A DNA stretch of 64,000 nucleotides from an uncultured bacterium (GTDB taxonomy: Bacteria; Patescibacteriota; Minisyncoccia; UBA6257; 2-01-FULL-56-20). The notes beneath the pieces were generated by a model. It did not search any database. It was not told the origin of the DNA and saw only the letters and a list, made by a program, of their open reading frames with translations. The stretch's first letter is position 1, and each line of letters starts with the position of its first letter. The translations under genes were made by a program, and so were the position numbers. Below are positions 10,005 through 18,650 of the stretch, piece by piece. The stretch lies in assembly GCA_963844965.1 (NCBI GenBank), contig CAWJQC010000004.1, positions 152,489 to 216,488 on the forward strand, in the 5' to 3' direction.

Positions 10005-11583
10005 CTATGAAAAACGGATTTTTAAAAACAATTTTGGACTGGATACTGGACTGGCGTTATCCGCTCCCGCCCCCGCCGGAGCCGGACTTGCCTCTTTTTC
10101 CGAGCAGTCGGAGGAACCGATGGCGGACAAATTCAAACTGCCGAGGCCCAACGAGCTTGTTCTCGGCAGTACGACAACCAAAGGGCCGGACGGCAAGGCA
10201 GAAGGCAAGACAAAGGGCGTGTCGCAGGACGACCGCTCGACCCATTTTTACGTGGTGGGAGCGACCGGCACGGGCAAGACGAAATTTTTGGAAACCCTAA
10301 TCTTGCAGGACGCGATGAACGCGCACGGCTTTGGCATCGTGGACGCGCAGGGCGATTTGACGGAAGACATCAAGAGCTATCTTTTCATTCTTACCTTCCC
10401 AAACGAACCGGAGGAAACCGCCGAATTTGAAAAAGATTCGGAAAAAGCCCTCAAAAAAATTAAAAGATTTTTGAGCGAACGCGTCGTGCTGATAGACCCG
10501 TCCGACAGGGAAAGAACTGTTTGCTTTAATCCGCTTGAAAAAGTGGAGGGGCTTTCGCCCGCCGGAATCGCGAGCGAAGCAGTGGAGGCGTTCAAGAAAA
10601 TCTGGCATGACGCTTGGGGCGCGAGAATGGAAGACCTGCTCAAAAATTCTCTGATAGCCCTCGTCGAGAACGACCTCACCCTCGCCGAACTTCCCCTGTT
10701 TCTTTCCGACATCGGGGCGAGAAAAAAGATTCTGAAAAAAGTCATCCATCCCGTCTGCCGCCAGTATTTTGAAAAGTTCAATTCTTTGAGGTCGTCGTTG
10801 CAGGACGAGTGGGCGGAATCAACTCTGAACAAGGCCCGCGCCTTCATGTCCAACGACCACGTGCGGCAGATGCTCTCGGCGGTTAAAAGCACTTTCAACT
10901 TCCGCGACATAATGGACGACCGGAAAATTCTGCTGGTGAAGCTGAATCGCGGAAAATTGAAGGGCGACGCCGACCTGCTCGGCTCTTTGCTTCTCTCCAA
11001 AATCCAGATGGCCGCCTTTTCTCGGACGGACGTTCCGCAATCCGAACGCGTGCCGTTTTATCTTTACATCGATGAGTTTCAGAATTTTGCGACCGAGAGT
11101 TTTATCCAAACGCTCGCCGAAGCGAGAAAGTATGGCCTGTCGATTACGCTGGCTCATCAGAATCTCGCCCAGCTACCGCCGTCCCTGCGGGCGTCGATAC
11201 TCTCCAACTGCGGCTTGCAGGCGTACTTCCGCATCTCGCGCGACGACGCGAACATGCTAGCTAGGGAATCTCTCGCTTCCGTTTACGAAGAGCCGCCCGG
11301 CTGGGAGTTTTACGTCCGCTCGCTTCAAGAACTGCCGAGGCGCGAGTGCGTGATAAAACATAAAATCGCGGGAGGCGTGATTGCCGTCCACACCATCGGA
11401 CTGCCTACCCCTTGGGAATGGGCGAAGATGGACGAAAAGAAATTCTCGGAGGGACTGGCCGCGATGAATACCGGCGGCGCGTACATGCGCAAGCGCGAGG
11501 ACATAGAGAAAGAATATCGGTCGAGGCAAGAGGCCCTCCGATTTATGGACGAGCCGGAGAGTTTCTGGGAGCGGAAGGTTTAA
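9991..11583 (+). CDS. TraG/VirD4/TraD-like (TrwB-type) conjugative coupling ATPase
   Basis: P-loop VVGATGTGKT. Walker-B-like LYIDEFQNF. C-terminal ~500 aa typical of type IV coupling proteins. Confidence 0.6.
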   Translation: MTSTNYEKRIFKNNFGLDTGLALSAPAPAGAGLASFSEQSEEPMADKFKLPRPNELVLGSTTTKGPDGKAEGKTKGVSQDDRSTHFYVVGATGTGKTKFLETLILQDAMNAHGFGIVDAQGDLTEDIKSYLFILTFPNEPEETAEFEKDSEKALKKIKRFLSERVVLIDPSDRERTVCFNPLEKVEGLSPAGIASEAVEAFKKIWHDAWGARMEDLLKNSLIALVENDLTLAELPLFLSDIGARKKILKKVIHPVCRQYFEKFNSLRSSLQDEWAESTLNKARAFMSNDHVRQMLSAVKSTFNFRDIMDDRKILLVKLNRGKLKGDADLLGSLLLSKIQMAAFSRTDVPQSERVPFYLYIDEFQNFATESFIQTLAEARKYGLSITLAHQNLAQLPPSLRASILSNCGLQAYFRISRDDANMLARESLASVYEEPPGWEFYVRSLQELPRRECVIKHKIAGGVIAVHTIGLPTPWEWAKMDEKKFSEGLAAMNTGGAYMRKREDIEKEYRSRQEALRFMDEPESFWERKV

Positions 11584-11892
11584 CCGCGCCTATTTGACAA
11601 ACCGGACTTGAAAATGGTATCTTCTCCCCAGTTTCATTACCCCCGCCGTCCGCGCTAAAGCGGTGCGGCGGGAAAGCGGAACGCGAGGGAGATCGCGCTC
11701 TCGCCCGTTCCCTTGGATGGCTCCTCCTCGAACCGCCGAGAAGAAGGAATGAAACTTTTTCATAATAAAGAGTACAATAAAAGGACGTCACGGGACGTCC
11801 TTTTATTTTTTTGAACTGGAACATCTCGCAACCGAAATAGAGCCGCTCGGCAAAACCACCTTCCACGAGAAGGGCGTTTTATTCGGCATCAG

Positions 11893-13109
11893 GCCCAAAG
11901 ACCGCCGCCATCATATGTACGTTATCGGGCAGACCGGCACCGGCAAGTCCACGCTCTTGAAGAATATGGTGATACAGGACTTGCGGTTCGGCCACGGGGT
12001 GCGCGGTCATTGATCCCCACGGCGAACTGGTGGAAGACATTTTGAACTTCGTGCCGCGCTCGCCGCACGAACGAGGTCGTGTATTTCAATCCGGCGGACA
12101 CGGAAAACCCCATCGGCTTGAATATCCTTGAAGCCCGCGACGAGAACGAAAAACAGCTCGTCGCTTCGTCGCTCATCTCGGTATTCAAGCATTTGTGGAA
12201 AGGGTTTTGGGGTCCGCGGCTTGAGCACGTTTTCCATAACGCCATACTTGCTTTGATGGACACGCCGGGCAGTACCTTGCTCGGCATTTACCGGATGCTC
12301 GCGGACGACGAATACCGGCAGCAAGTCGTCGGCGCAGGTCAAAGACCCCGTCGTGAGATTGTTTTGGAAGGAGGATTTTGAGAAGTATCCGCCGCAACTT
12401 CAAAAAAGAAGTCGCCTCGCCGATTCAGAACAAAATCGGCCAGCTTCTCACGAGCACGCCCTTGCGAAACATCGTCGGCCAGTCCCGGAGCACGATTGAT
12501 CTGCGCTTCATTATGGACAACCAGAGAATTTTCCTTGTGAACCTCGCCAAAGGCACGGATCGGCGAGGACAAGGCAAATCTGCTCGGCTCGGTGCTCGTT
12601 ACGAAGCTGTACCTTGCCGCGCTTGAACGGCAGGACATGCCGGAGGAGGAACGCAAGGATTTTTATCTGTACATTGACGAGTTTCAGAACTTCTCCACGG
12701 ACGTTTTCCCGTCTATCTTGTCGGAAGCCAGAAAATATCGGCTTGAACCTCATTCTCGCCCATCAATATCTTATATCAGCTTTCGGAGAGCGTGAAGCAC
12801 TCGGTTTTCGGCAACGTCGGCACGCTCGCGTCTTTTCGCGTCGGAAGCATCGACGCGCGCGAACTGGCCGAGGAGTTCAGCCCGACTTTCACCAAAGAAG
12901 ACCTGGAACACACCGAAAACTATCACGCCTACCTCAAGCTGATGATAGACGGGAAGCGATCCACTCCTTTTTCCGCCGAAACGCTCCCGCCTCTCGCCCA
13001 TCAGGGCGACGAGGCGCAGAAAGAAACGCTCATTAGAGTTTCACGGGAGCGTTTCGCGTCAAAGCGAGAGGACATGACGGAGAAAATCGAAAAATGGTTT
13101 TCAAAGTAA
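11893..13109 (+). pseudogene. Degraded paralog of the coupling ATPase, with multiple frameshifts and stops
   Basis: P-loop HHMYVIGQTGTGKSTLLKNM, YLYIDEFQNFSTDVF and C-terminal homology are spread over at least 4 frames (ORFs 12079.., 12378.., 12592.., 12792..). Confidence 0.7.
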
Positions 13110-13149
13110 ACCATTTTTCATGTTTTTTTTCCTCGGCCTTGCGGCCTGA

Positions 13150-13505
13150 GCGGATTTTCTTTTTTTGTTTTCCTTCCCACCCGCGCGTAGAATACGATTC
13201 GGTTTTTTCAACTCGGCCAAGGAGAGCGGAGCCGAGGAAATACGCTAGAGACAGCCCAGCATACAATAGTAAGTCCCGAGCCCCGAGCAGCAGCGAGGGG
13301 CGAAGGGGCAAACCTTCACCCTCCCAAAAGGAGGTATTGTCGGGGGTGTCGAAAGGTCCGAGGCGGAGCGAAGAAGCCAATATCAGCGGAGTAATTTCAA
13401 TTCACGGGGTAGTCGTTCTGGAACGACCCCCTCAACGACTCCTTCGGGCCTCGCCAAAGTCAGAGATTTTGGTTAAAATAAGTCCAAGCGGTGTTGTAAA
13501 TACAC
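13150..13505. repeat. Right copy of the ~340-bp imperfect inverted repeat (partner at 7910-8248)
   Basis: See 7910-8248. Confidence 0.8.
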
Positions 13506-13665
13506 TCCATAACACAACTTAAAGGTTTTTTATTCACCGAACAATGGGCTTCCACAATGGAAGCCCATTGTTTTTCCGCAAAACCGCGCGCTTCGCGCGC
13601 GTGGAGTGTCAGGTTCAATCCGAAAATTTTTTGAGCGAACGATTTTTTGAGGGGTAAGGGGGTCG
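13506..13665 (-). repeat. Perfect inverted duplicate (~160 bp) of the 3' end of the recombinase gene at 20007-20167
   Basis: The reverse complement of 13506-13665 equals 20007-20167 base-for-base in the segments compared. These include the 13+3+13 palindrome caatgggcttcca-nnn-tggaagcccattg and the gcgcgc-ttcg-cgcgcg hairpin. It is a remnant 3' end of a recombinase gene pointing toward the inverted repeat. Confidence 0.85.
13537..13573 (+). terminator. Rho-independent terminator-like hairpin (caatgggcttccacaatggaagcccattg + TTTTTCC)
   Basis: Perfect 13-bp stem followed by a T5 run on the plus strand. The same element on the minus strand at 20099-20135 can terminate tRNA-Gly transcription. Confidence 0.5.
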
Positions 13666-13756
13666 CAGATAAAGATATAATGCTTGCCCCGCCCTTCCCG
13701 TGCGCGCATTATGTATTTTTGCCGATTTTGAAATCGGCAACTCCCTTATAACGATT

Positions 13757-16462
13757 TTACCTTTTCAGACCATATTTCTGTTCTCGTTTCTGGAAAGCTT
13801 CTGTGCCGCCCTCAAGAACGTCATAGATTGTCTTCCGCATCTCTATATTCTCTAACGAACCTTGTAGGGCATTAACCTTACTTTTATCATCAACGGATAA
13901 AGCAGTTATCAATTCTGAATCGCCCAAGACAACGATATTGGCGTTATGGGTGCAAATAATTATCTGCCTGTTCACTTTTTGCTCTCTAACCAAAGTTACT
14001 ACCTTCTCTGCTACGAATTTTGCGTCAAGGTGATCCTCCGGCTGGTCAATGATAAGTGGATGGTCGCCAGACAACAATATAAGTTCCACCAAAGTGCCGC
14101 ATCGCTCGCCGAACGACATACTATCTTTGCCGAGTATTTTAGTTCCATATTTAATGTGATTTTCTCCGGTTTCCGCATATTCATCTAGCCGCATTATTAG
14201 GTCTTCTCTAATAATTTGAGTATTCGGGTCTTCAAAAAACCACCGCAGAGTTTCTGTCTTTCCGCTACTATCTTGTAATTTTGGTATTCTATTTTCTTTA
14301 ATAGTGGAAATTATCTTTTCCCTTGCGACATCACCAGTAGCTTTGCCGACAAGTTCGTTTATTACATCTTTAACGTAATCCTCTCTGACGGGAGATTTTA
14401 TCTTAAAATTCTTTTCAATGACACCCTTTAACTCGTCGTTTGATTGGAGGAACTGCTCCTTTATCCACGGAGCAATATCACCACTTGGATCGTCCCATAC
14501 GGCAGTGATTGTTGTATCCTTAAAAGATTCGTTGAACCCGCCAATAAGTTTTTGGTTTTCCTTTATCCAGAGTTTTAGTTTTGCCGCCAGTTGATTCACG
14601 AGTTGGCTGTGTTGTTTCTTATCGCCTTCAAACTTTTTTAGGCGATTTTCAAGTTGCGATGATTGCTGGTCAATAAACTTAATTCTGTTGTTTCGCTTTT
14701 CTACCTCACTCTTTGTTATAGTAACGCCGTTTAGCTTACAGTAATCGGTAAACTGCTTTGTAAGTTCTGCGCTTTCTCTATCCAGTTCTTTTTTTACATC
14801 GGATTCTCTTACTTCCTTTACTGCTCCTTCTAAATTCTTAACTACGGAATCCAGTTGAGATTCTTTTAGGTTATAAAAATCTTCAATTTTTTTCTTTAGC
14901 GCATTTTTCTCCGCAAAAAGTTCTAAAACTTTATCTTTATCAACAGTAGTAGAAAGTTTAAGTTGCCCTGCGAATTTTTTAATGAGGACGGCTTGGGCTT
15001 CAATATCTTGGATCAAGCCATCAATCAACTGGCGTTTGGCTCTATTGCTTTTAATTTTTTCGGCAAGGTCTTTATATTCTTTTGTTTTTAACTTCTTAAA
15101 GTAAGATTCAATTTGTTCTCGTTCCGCTTCAAGTTTCTTTTTGTCTATTTCTACTTGGAGTTTATCGGCGTAACTGTTACGGGTAGTTTCCATTTCTACA
15201 GCCAACGCCTCTATTTCCTCTTTTGTCTTAATGAGTAGATCGGAATGAAGACGGCCTCCTATGTAATCCGCTATCTGTTTTGGGCTATCGGCTTTTTTCT
15301 CAATTTCTCCTTGTGTCCAGTATTCAACTTGAAAGGACGAAGTATAAAATGGGTCATTCCACTCTTTGACTTGACGCTTTAGAGATACTGGGTCTTCTGC
15401 TCCACTTTGAAAGATAACCTCAACTTCAAGATTGGGGAACTCCCTACTCAAAAATTCAATTAAGGAAAGTTTTTTGTCGCCTTTATCGGATGAAAACTTG
15501 TTAGCTACATATCCAATCAATTCTGCTAAAGCGGTCTTTCCGGCGGCTCGTGGCCCGATAACCGTGGTTAAATTCGGACTAAAAAACAGTTCTTGATTTA
15601 GAGTAATTGGTGGAAATATACTTCTCTTTGATTGATAACTTTGATGATTTAGCAATTTTGCGGATACAATCTGCGGATGAAGATAAAGTGGCGGACTATC
15701 ATCAAGACAAACTCTAATAACTGGCTCATAAATAATTTGTTTCAAACCTTCAAATGTTGGATCGGCCTTAATCCAACTATACTTCTTACCAATTACTTCC
15801 GTTGAGTGGCCGCTTTTGTATTGAAGTTTTGATCTATCGCAAGCGTCGGAAGTAATAATACACGGAAACTCCTGTTTAATCTTTGGGAACACTATTTTTC
15901 TGTAATCCTCAACCTGTTTTATGGCCGATACTTCAAAAATATCAACCAAAAACGCTAAATCTTTTTTTAGTGTCGCACGGACATCACTATCCAATTGTTC
16001 TATCCCGTTGGACTTGTTACCCGCGTGGAGTAAAACAAGCCCGTCTAACTCGTGTATTTTTTGACACGCGTCTTCAAAGTTACAGTAAATCTCCTTATCC
16101 CCCTTACCCTTAATATCGTTTTCCGAAAAATTAAGAGGGCAGAGTAATTTATCGTAAATAGTTTTTGAAGTAGTGGAAGAATCAAAAACTCCGATAATAT
16201 GTATCCCTTTATTGCCCTTATCGGTGCGCAGTTCAACGCCGGGGAGAATTGTTATATCTTTTCCTTTAGCAGCTTTTAGAACCTCGTCAATTCCTTTAAC
16301 GGTATGGTGGTCTGTAATAGCAATAACAGATATATTTTCTGTTATTGCCTTTTTCACTATGTCTTCCGCTTTGTCTTTACAGCCACTATCCCAATCATAA
16401 GAAGACGGGGTATGAACGTGCAAATCCCACTTTCTCCAAATTGAACCGCGGGGTGAATTCAT
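13757..16462 (-). CDS. PHP-family phosphoesterase fused to an SMC/Rad50/SbcC-like ABC ATPase with a long coiled-coil insertion. Putative nuclease-ATPase.
   Basis: 901 aa. N-terminal PHP motifs WDLHVHTPSSYD, ITDHH, LLHAGN, ITSDACD. Walker A GPRAAGKT at ~aa 300. ~350-aa Lys/Glu-rich coiled coil. Walker B LIIDQPEDHLD and H-loop ICTHNANI at the C-terminus. 6 bp from the methyltransferase gene. Confidence 0.7.
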   Translation of the reverse strand: MNSPRGSIWRKWDLHVHTPSSYDWDSGCKDKAEDIVKKAITENISVIAITDHHTVKGIDEVLKAAKGKDITILPGVELRTDKGNKGIHIIGVFDSSTTSKTIYDKLLCPLNFSENDIKGKGDKEIYCNFEDACQKIHELDGLVLLHAGNKSNGIEQLDSDVRATLKKDLAFLVDIFEVSAIKQVEDYRKIVFPKIKQEFPCIITSDACDRSKLQYKSGHSTEVIGKKYSWIKADPTFEGLKQIIYEPVIRVCLDDSPPLYLHPQIVSAKLLNHQSYQSKRSIFPPITLNQELFFSPNLTTVIGPRAAGKTALAELIGYVANKFSSDKGDKKLSLIEFLSREFPNLEVEVIFQSGAEDPVSLKRQVKEWNDPFYTSSFQVEYWTQGEIEKKADSPKQIADYIGGRLHSDLLIKTKEEIEALAVEMETTRNSYADKLQVEIDKKKLEAEREQIESYFKKLKTKEYKDLAEKIKSNRAKRQLIDGLIQDIEAQAVLIKKFAGQLKLSTTVDKDKVLELFAEKNALKKKIEDFYNLKESQLDSVVKNLEGAVKEVRESDVKKELDRESAELTKQFTDYCKLNGVTITKSEVEKRNNRIKFIDQQSSQLENRLKKFEGDKKQHSQLVNQLAAKLKLWIKENQKLIGGFNESFKDTTITAVWDDPSGDIAPWIKEQFLQSNDELKGVIEKNFKIKSPVREDYVKDVINELVGKATGDVAREKIISTIKENRIPKLQDSSGKTETLRWFFEDPNTQIIREDLIMRLDEYAETGENHIKYGTKILGKDSMSFGERCGTLVELILLSGDHPLIIDQPEDHLDAKFVAEKVVTLVREQKVNRQIIICTHNANIVVLGDSELITALSVDDKSKVNALQGSLENIEMRKTIYDVLEGGTEAFQKREQKYGLKR

Positions 16463-16468
16463 AAATTA

Positions 16469-17584
16469 TTACCTTTGTTTCAAAAACTCGTACTCAATCT
16501 TTGAAAATAAATTACTGGGTAAGTTAGACAATCTTTTTTTAGCAACCTTGATGGCCTGTTCTGATTTATCAATACCAATCCAATGTCGGCCAAGCTCTTG
16601 GGCGGCAACGAGGGTTGTCCCAGAGCCGCAAAAACAATCAAGAACTAAATCGTCTTTATTTGACGAAGCTTCAATAATAAACTTTAACAAGTCCAAACTT
16701 TTTTCTGTTGGATAATTGGGATACTGCGGGTCTTTAAATTCCCAAATATCCTGCATTTTCTTCCCTGTTCTCTCATCGAGGAAAATTTTTTTGCGTGGTA
16801 CTCCGCTTGCCGACCATTCAATAAGTCCTTGCTTATCCCATTCTTCTAAAATAGCCGGATTAGTTCGCCAATGGCGTCCTTTTGGTGGTTTTTGCCCTCG
16901 CCACTCCTTACTTGTATTCCCGTTTGATGTTTCTCCGGGTGCGTGGAGTGGGATTGTTGTATATCGCCGTCCGTCTTTATCAACTTTCTTAAACAAGCGA
17001 TCCTCGTCTTCCTCGGAGAATGAAACGTGTGGATCATTCCAAATCGGGTTTTCTGATTTGGAGTAAAAAAGTATCAAATCCTTGATATTGCCGTAGGCCT
17101 TACGATGAAAATTTTTCGGGTTACACTTAATGCGAGTAATATCGTTACGAAAACTTTTGCGACCAAAAACTTCATCCATTATAAGTTTCACATAGTGGCC
17201 GATTTTATAATCAATGTGAAGGTAAATTGACCCACGCTCGGATAGAAGTTCGCGCAAAAAAATCAGGCGTTCGCGTAGAAATTCTAAAAATTCCGCACCA
17301 ATTAACGTATCGCTATATGCAATCTCATCGCTATTGCTACTACTGATTGTATTGGCACGCCCCTCGCTTATTTTGAAATGGCCATTGGTTGCAAATGGTG
17401 GATCAATATAAATCAAATCAACCTTACCCCCATAATTATCAAGTAACGTTTTGAGAGTGGAAAGATTATCGCCATGAACAAGTTTATTTTTTGCCCCTTT
17501 GCCGGAAAGCACTTTCAAGTTAGCTCTTGGAGTGCTTTCAAGAATTTCACGCTCACCCTTTTTGCTTTCATAACTAAGAAGCAT
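16469..17584 (-). CDS. Site-specific DNA methyltransferase (N6-adenine/N4-cytosine, β-class permuted: DPPF then FCGSGTT)
   Basis: Motif IV IYIDPPF precedes motif I DCFCGSGTTLVAA. ParB-nuclease-free Mod/PvuII-like architecture. Confidence 0.8.
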   Translation of the reverse strand: MLLSYESKKGEREILESTPRANLKVLSGKGAKNKLVHGDNLSTLKTLLDNYGGKVDLIYIDPPFATNGHFKISEGRANTISSSNSDEIAYSDTLIGAEFLEFLRERLIFLRELLSERGSIYLHIDYKIGHYVKLIMDEVFGRKSFRNDITRIKCNPKNFHRKAYGNIKDLILFYSKSENPIWNDPHVSFSEEDEDRLFKKVDKDGRRYTTIPLHAPGETSNGNTSKEWRGQKPPKGRHWRTNPAILEEWDKQGLIEWSASGVPRKKIFLDERTGKKMQDIWEFKDPQYPNYPTEKSLDLLKFIIEASSNKDDLVLDCFCGSGTTLVAAQELGRHWIGIDKSEQAIKVAKKRLSNLPSNLFSKIEYEFLKQR

Positions 17585-17590
17585 ATAAAA

Positions 17591-18373
17591 TTATATTTGA
17601 TATAAGAATTCGCGCAGGACGAGTGCGCTCATAATATTCTCGTCCTTTAACTCGCCAGCGACCGCTTTATACATTTTGTTGTTGCCCTTGATATAAAGTA
17701 CCCCATCTAAAATGGCCACCTTAACCGCTTTAACACCCTTCGCTTTGATAGTGGCGATTGCGTCGTTAAATTGAGCATTTTGATGACCCCCAAAATCGGT
17801 TAAAAATTTTGCCTCTCCAATAACATACTTCCCGTTAAAACGCCCTATCAAATCAAGTCCTTTGTTATGATTGTAGTTCAAGTATTTTTTAGCAAAGGCC
17901 ATCGTTTCCGCATCTCCCGCATCAAGAACTGCGTTTCCTTTTGCCACTAAAAATTCCGACATCTTCAGCGGTTGCACTCCGAGAGTTTTTCTATTCAGCC
18001 AGCGGCGGAAAAGTGGGCCAATTTGTCGGTTTGTTTCTTTTGGCTCTGATGAACGAGAGAAAATTTGCTTAAGACCCATCTCATACAATCGGCCACATAG
18101 ACGAGCAACCGTCGCCGGATTGCGCTTTAATGCTTCTTTGTCGCGCTTAAGATAAGCAATGTAGGAATCTTTAATAGGAAATAAATCAAGCTTCAAAAGA
18201 TTTTCAAGAAGCGCAACATTGTTCCTTTTTTCAAACGCCTGTTCTACGTTTTTCCAAAGCGCCTTGTTAATGTCGCGAATTCCCTCTGGAATTGTTGGAT
18301 ATACTTGAAACAAATCATCGAGGTAGCTTCGCTGATTTGCGTAATCAATACTTAATTTTGTCCAATGGTTCAT
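17591..18373 (-). CDS. Putative Type II restriction endonuclease with a PD-(D/E)xK core (LDLIG…GEAKF)
   Basis: 260-aa ORF between the C-protein and methyltransferase genes, with 4-6 bp intergenic gaps. D…ExK motif GLDLIGRFNGKYVIGEAKFLTD. Confidence 0.6.
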   Translation of the reverse strand: MNHWTKLSIDYANQRSYLDDLFQVYPTIPEGIRDINKALWKNVEQAFEKRNNVALLENLLKLDLFPIKDSYIAYLKRDKEALKRNPATVARLCGRLYEMGLKQIFSRSSEPKETNRQIGPLFRRWLNRKTLGVQPLKMSEFLVAKGNAVLDAGDAETMAFAKKYLNYNHNKGLDLIGRFNGKYVIGEAKFLTDFGGHQNAQFNDAIATIKAKGVKAVKVAILDGVLYIKGNNKMYKAVAGELKDENIMSALVLREFLYQI

Positions 18374-18377
18374 GGTT

Positions 18378-18590
18378 TTATTTTATTAAGTCATCAACTG
18401 CGACATTTAGGGCTTTGGCTATTTTCGCCAAAGTTTCTATTGTCGGATTCTTATTAACACCCGATTCAATTTTAATCATGGTGTTATAGGTAACATCCGC
18501 CAATTTGGACAAACGATCTTGTGAAATGCCGAGTTTACTACGGTATTTTTTGATATTCTCGGCAATCCTTGATTTGTTGCTTGCTCCCAT
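18378..18590 (-). CDS. Controller (C) protein, XRE-family HTH regulator of the R-M operon
   Basis: 70 aa with an HTH (KLGISQDRLSKLADVTYNTMIKIESG). First gene of the C-R-M operon. Confidence 0.75.
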   Translation of the reverse strand: MGASNKSRIAENIKKYRSKLGISQDRLSKLADVTYNTMIKIESGVNKNPTIETLAKIAKALNVAVDDLIK

Positions 18591-18650
18591 AGTAATATAG
18601 TAGTATGATTGAACTAATAGCGAGTGATTTTGTTTAATCTATTACTATGG
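18587..18650. promoter_or_regulatory. Symmetric divergent control region. A 10-bp perfect inverted repeat (ccatagtaat … attactatgg) contains both start codons (C gene and recombinase); it is a candidate C-box/operator.
   Basis: 18587-18596 ccatagtaat and 18641-18650 attactatgg, separated by a 44-bp AT-rich spacer. Confidence 0.45.
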
